This document shows positions 61,376 through 64,000 of a stretch of 64,000 bases of DNA, in pieces. Under the pieces are notes generated by a model. The model was given only the letters and a program-made list of their open reading frames with translations, was not told the DNA's origin and ran no database searches. The translations under genes were made by a program, and so were the position numbers. The number at the start of each line of letters is the position of its first letter. The stretch's first letter is position 1. The stretch is from Podarcis liolepis (taxonomy: Eukaryota). Location of the stretch: the NCBI GenBank assembly GCA_965112155.1, contig OZ218103.1. One strand, 5' to 3'.

Positions 61376-64000
61376 AATGATACCTTACAGCAGTGTTCTC
61401 TTCTGTGTTGTAATTAGCTAGTAGTGACAGCATTTTTACCTGCCACTTGAAAACATTTTTCTGTTAATATTTTCCTTAAAAAAGAGAAAGGATATATTGA
61501 GCATTCATCCTTTGCTCAATTTCATGTCTCTCTTATATATATTTTTAAAAAGACTTTCCCATTGTGGAGAGCATGTCCTCAGGCAAAGTTCACCAGTTCC
61601 TTTTCTATAATATGGGGACAGAACTGTCATAATTGGAAAAGCCCATTGAAACAGCCCAGAATTCAATGAACTGCACTCAATATGGATGAAAAACAGCTGA
61701 TGTGATGGTTTGGAGAAATGCTACAAATCTGTGGAGAAACTCAGGGGAATGTTCTCAAACATTCCTGATCTTTTTTACTGGCAGATTTGGCTATTTCATC
61801 TTTATCCCATTTCAGGGCTAGACTCATTATGAACATGAAAACTTTGTGACGGCAGCAACAGCCTGGGGATCAATACCAGTGGCAGCTTATTTCTTCCAGA
61901 GACGGCCTGCATTTATGAGGAACAAACATTCCTCTCCAATCAATGAAGTCTGAAAACCTTTCTCAGTAAACAGTGGGTAGCAATTAAATGTGAAAGGTCA
62001 ATTATCATCCTTCCCTAAAACTTGCCTGTGCAAACGCCTTTCCTAAAATCTGCTTGTTTTTCTGAAAACAGATTGATTTTTCCCTCAGCAAAAACATGTA
62101 ATAATTTCTCAAGGAGAATTTACAATAAGCCTGAGTTGCAACTCTACAAACACGACAGCAATTACAAGATAATTCCCTGGCTTTTCCACACTACCTGTGG
62201 GTTAATAACAGCAGCCAATAACAGCTGGATCTTTTAAAATAAACTAGTATGGGTAAGAATCTTAGCAAGAGCTGAGGTTTCCAAGCAGATATAGACCTAA
62301 GATCCCATAGAAACGAAATATCTACCTGGGCCCGTTGCCTAACTGATGTGTCCATGGGAATAAATGGCCTTTCATTGAAGGGGAGAGGTAGGTAATCTAA
62401 CTGATTTAAGCAGGATTAGTCAAAGTGGTGCCAACCAGCCAACATGGTGTCAGCATCAGCCAGCATTGACTAAGGGTCAGGGGTGATAGTGCCAAATGGG
62501 TGATAGGGGCCAAATGAAGCCCTTCATGCCTCTCTATCTGGCCCTTGAGACTTTCCTTAGGCTATGCTCCCTCCACAGACCACACCTCTTCCTGCTCTCT
62601 GCCCTCCTTGAATGGAATGTGTTCATGAACGGTGAGAATACCTTGTGCTTGTCTTGACAGAAGATTGCAAGAGATGTGTGTGCACTGTGTAGAAAACCAG
62701 TTCCATACACTTGCCATGCCCACTTATTGTACCTGTCCCCGTTGTTGTTTTTAACAATCTGACATTTTCCTAGGTAGTCTAGAAGCTTTCATAGTTATAA
62801 ACAAACCTTATCTTTCTTATTTTGCTATGTTTCAAAACTGTATTAGACTATAATAAAATTTATGTTTGAAAATACCTAAAAACCACCAATCACAGGGTGA
62901 AGTTTTTATTGTCCTAAGCGCTCTGCAGAGCCAAACAGGAAGGGCATATGGATTAACACCAAAATGGCTTTCAGTGATTCACGGATATGGTCCTCTTGGC
63001 TGACCCCTATAACTATAGTGTTTTGCTACTAGACGATTCTTAAATTAATGGGCCATAGCTGGCTTTGTGTTTTATTTGGGAAACCTGATGTGAGTGGGTG
63101 ACAATTAATTCTGTGGAGGGCAAACCTACAATTGGCATGTACCAGAGATCATTAACATGTTAGTTGTGTAAGTTAAGAGGCTGTGGGAATGAGGGATCTT
63201 ATGCTCTTACTCATGCCCCGCTCCCTGCTTTTAAGTACAAAAACAGGAAGACTATTAAATTCTTAGGGCAGAAACAGTGCCTTGAATTTATGATGTGGGT
63301 GGTATATACCATGGGGTGTTTTTATAATATTAGCTATGTAATGTCAACATGTTCCATGCAAATATCAATGAATGAATATGTGGGGCAGCTCCAGGAGCAG
63401 TTTGGTGTGAGTACCAAAGCAGAGGGTGTGTTAGCTGCAGGAAACTGCACTTCACATTTACCAAATCAATGGGATTAATGATGTGGCTGTCAAGGAGATA
63501 CGTTATGTGATGATGATATCATATTTTTATTTTGCTGGTATGTATGAACTTAAAAGTCAACATGACTTCATGTTTTTGCACAATCTGGGTTTTGTTTGTG
63601 TGAAAACTTCCTTGCAGAAGAACGGTGGTCCCATCTCAGACTTCTGAAGACCACCTTACGTATCATTTGTTTGAAGTGCTGAATGAAAAGTAAGATGCTA
63701 ATGGGCCCCAGCCCTTCTAGTCTGAACACTCTGTTCCTTAATCCTGAATGTGTGGGGATAGACTGGTATTACTCAACAGTCAGAGAAAGGCACTCTGTGC
63801 ATGCTCAGATTGTTTTTCCCCCTTTAGTATTACTTTGTGTGTTCCAGGACACAGCCCTTATACTGAAACTAAAACCTGATTCTGAACCTTTGCATTAATC
63901 AACTCTTGCTTGTATAATACACTGGGATATTTATTAAAACAGGTGGGGAGGGGGAAGTAGCATAAAAATGTCATACAGGTTCTGCTTCCTGAAGTTTACC

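Overview
This is vertebrate non-coding DNA, almost certainly from a squamate and probably a lacertid lizard. The basis is the repeat content: Sauria/Squam1, Squam2 and Squam3 SINEs, a Bov-B RTE fragment, CR1, L2 and Penelope fragments, and many hAT and Tc1/pogo MITEs. I found no host protein-coding exon, rRNA, true tRNA gene or CRISPR array that I can support. The only ORF-track peptides I recognise with confidence are retrotransposon ORF2 remnants (Bov-B, CR1, L2). The window reads as a large intron or gene desert with several enhancer-like AT-rich blocks. The most notable observations are: (1) two different, apparently full-length non-autonomous L1-type retroposons (54724-56503 and 60150-61320) with perfect 18-23 bp target-site duplications (TSDs) and CpG-rich 5' ends carrying ETS/YY1/CTCF motifs; (2) a composite hAT MITE (5226-6044) enclosing a CR1-SINE chimera apparently copied from a neighbouring SINE; (3) a tRNA-Ile + CR1-tail SINE resembling avian TguSINE1; (4) a 5S-derived SINE-like fragment; (5) a decayed Penelope hammerhead; (6) a pre-miRNA-sized hairpin; (7) a bZIP/CCAAT/YY1 motif cluster flanked by divergent splice donors. 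All family names come from recalled consensus sequences, not database searches.
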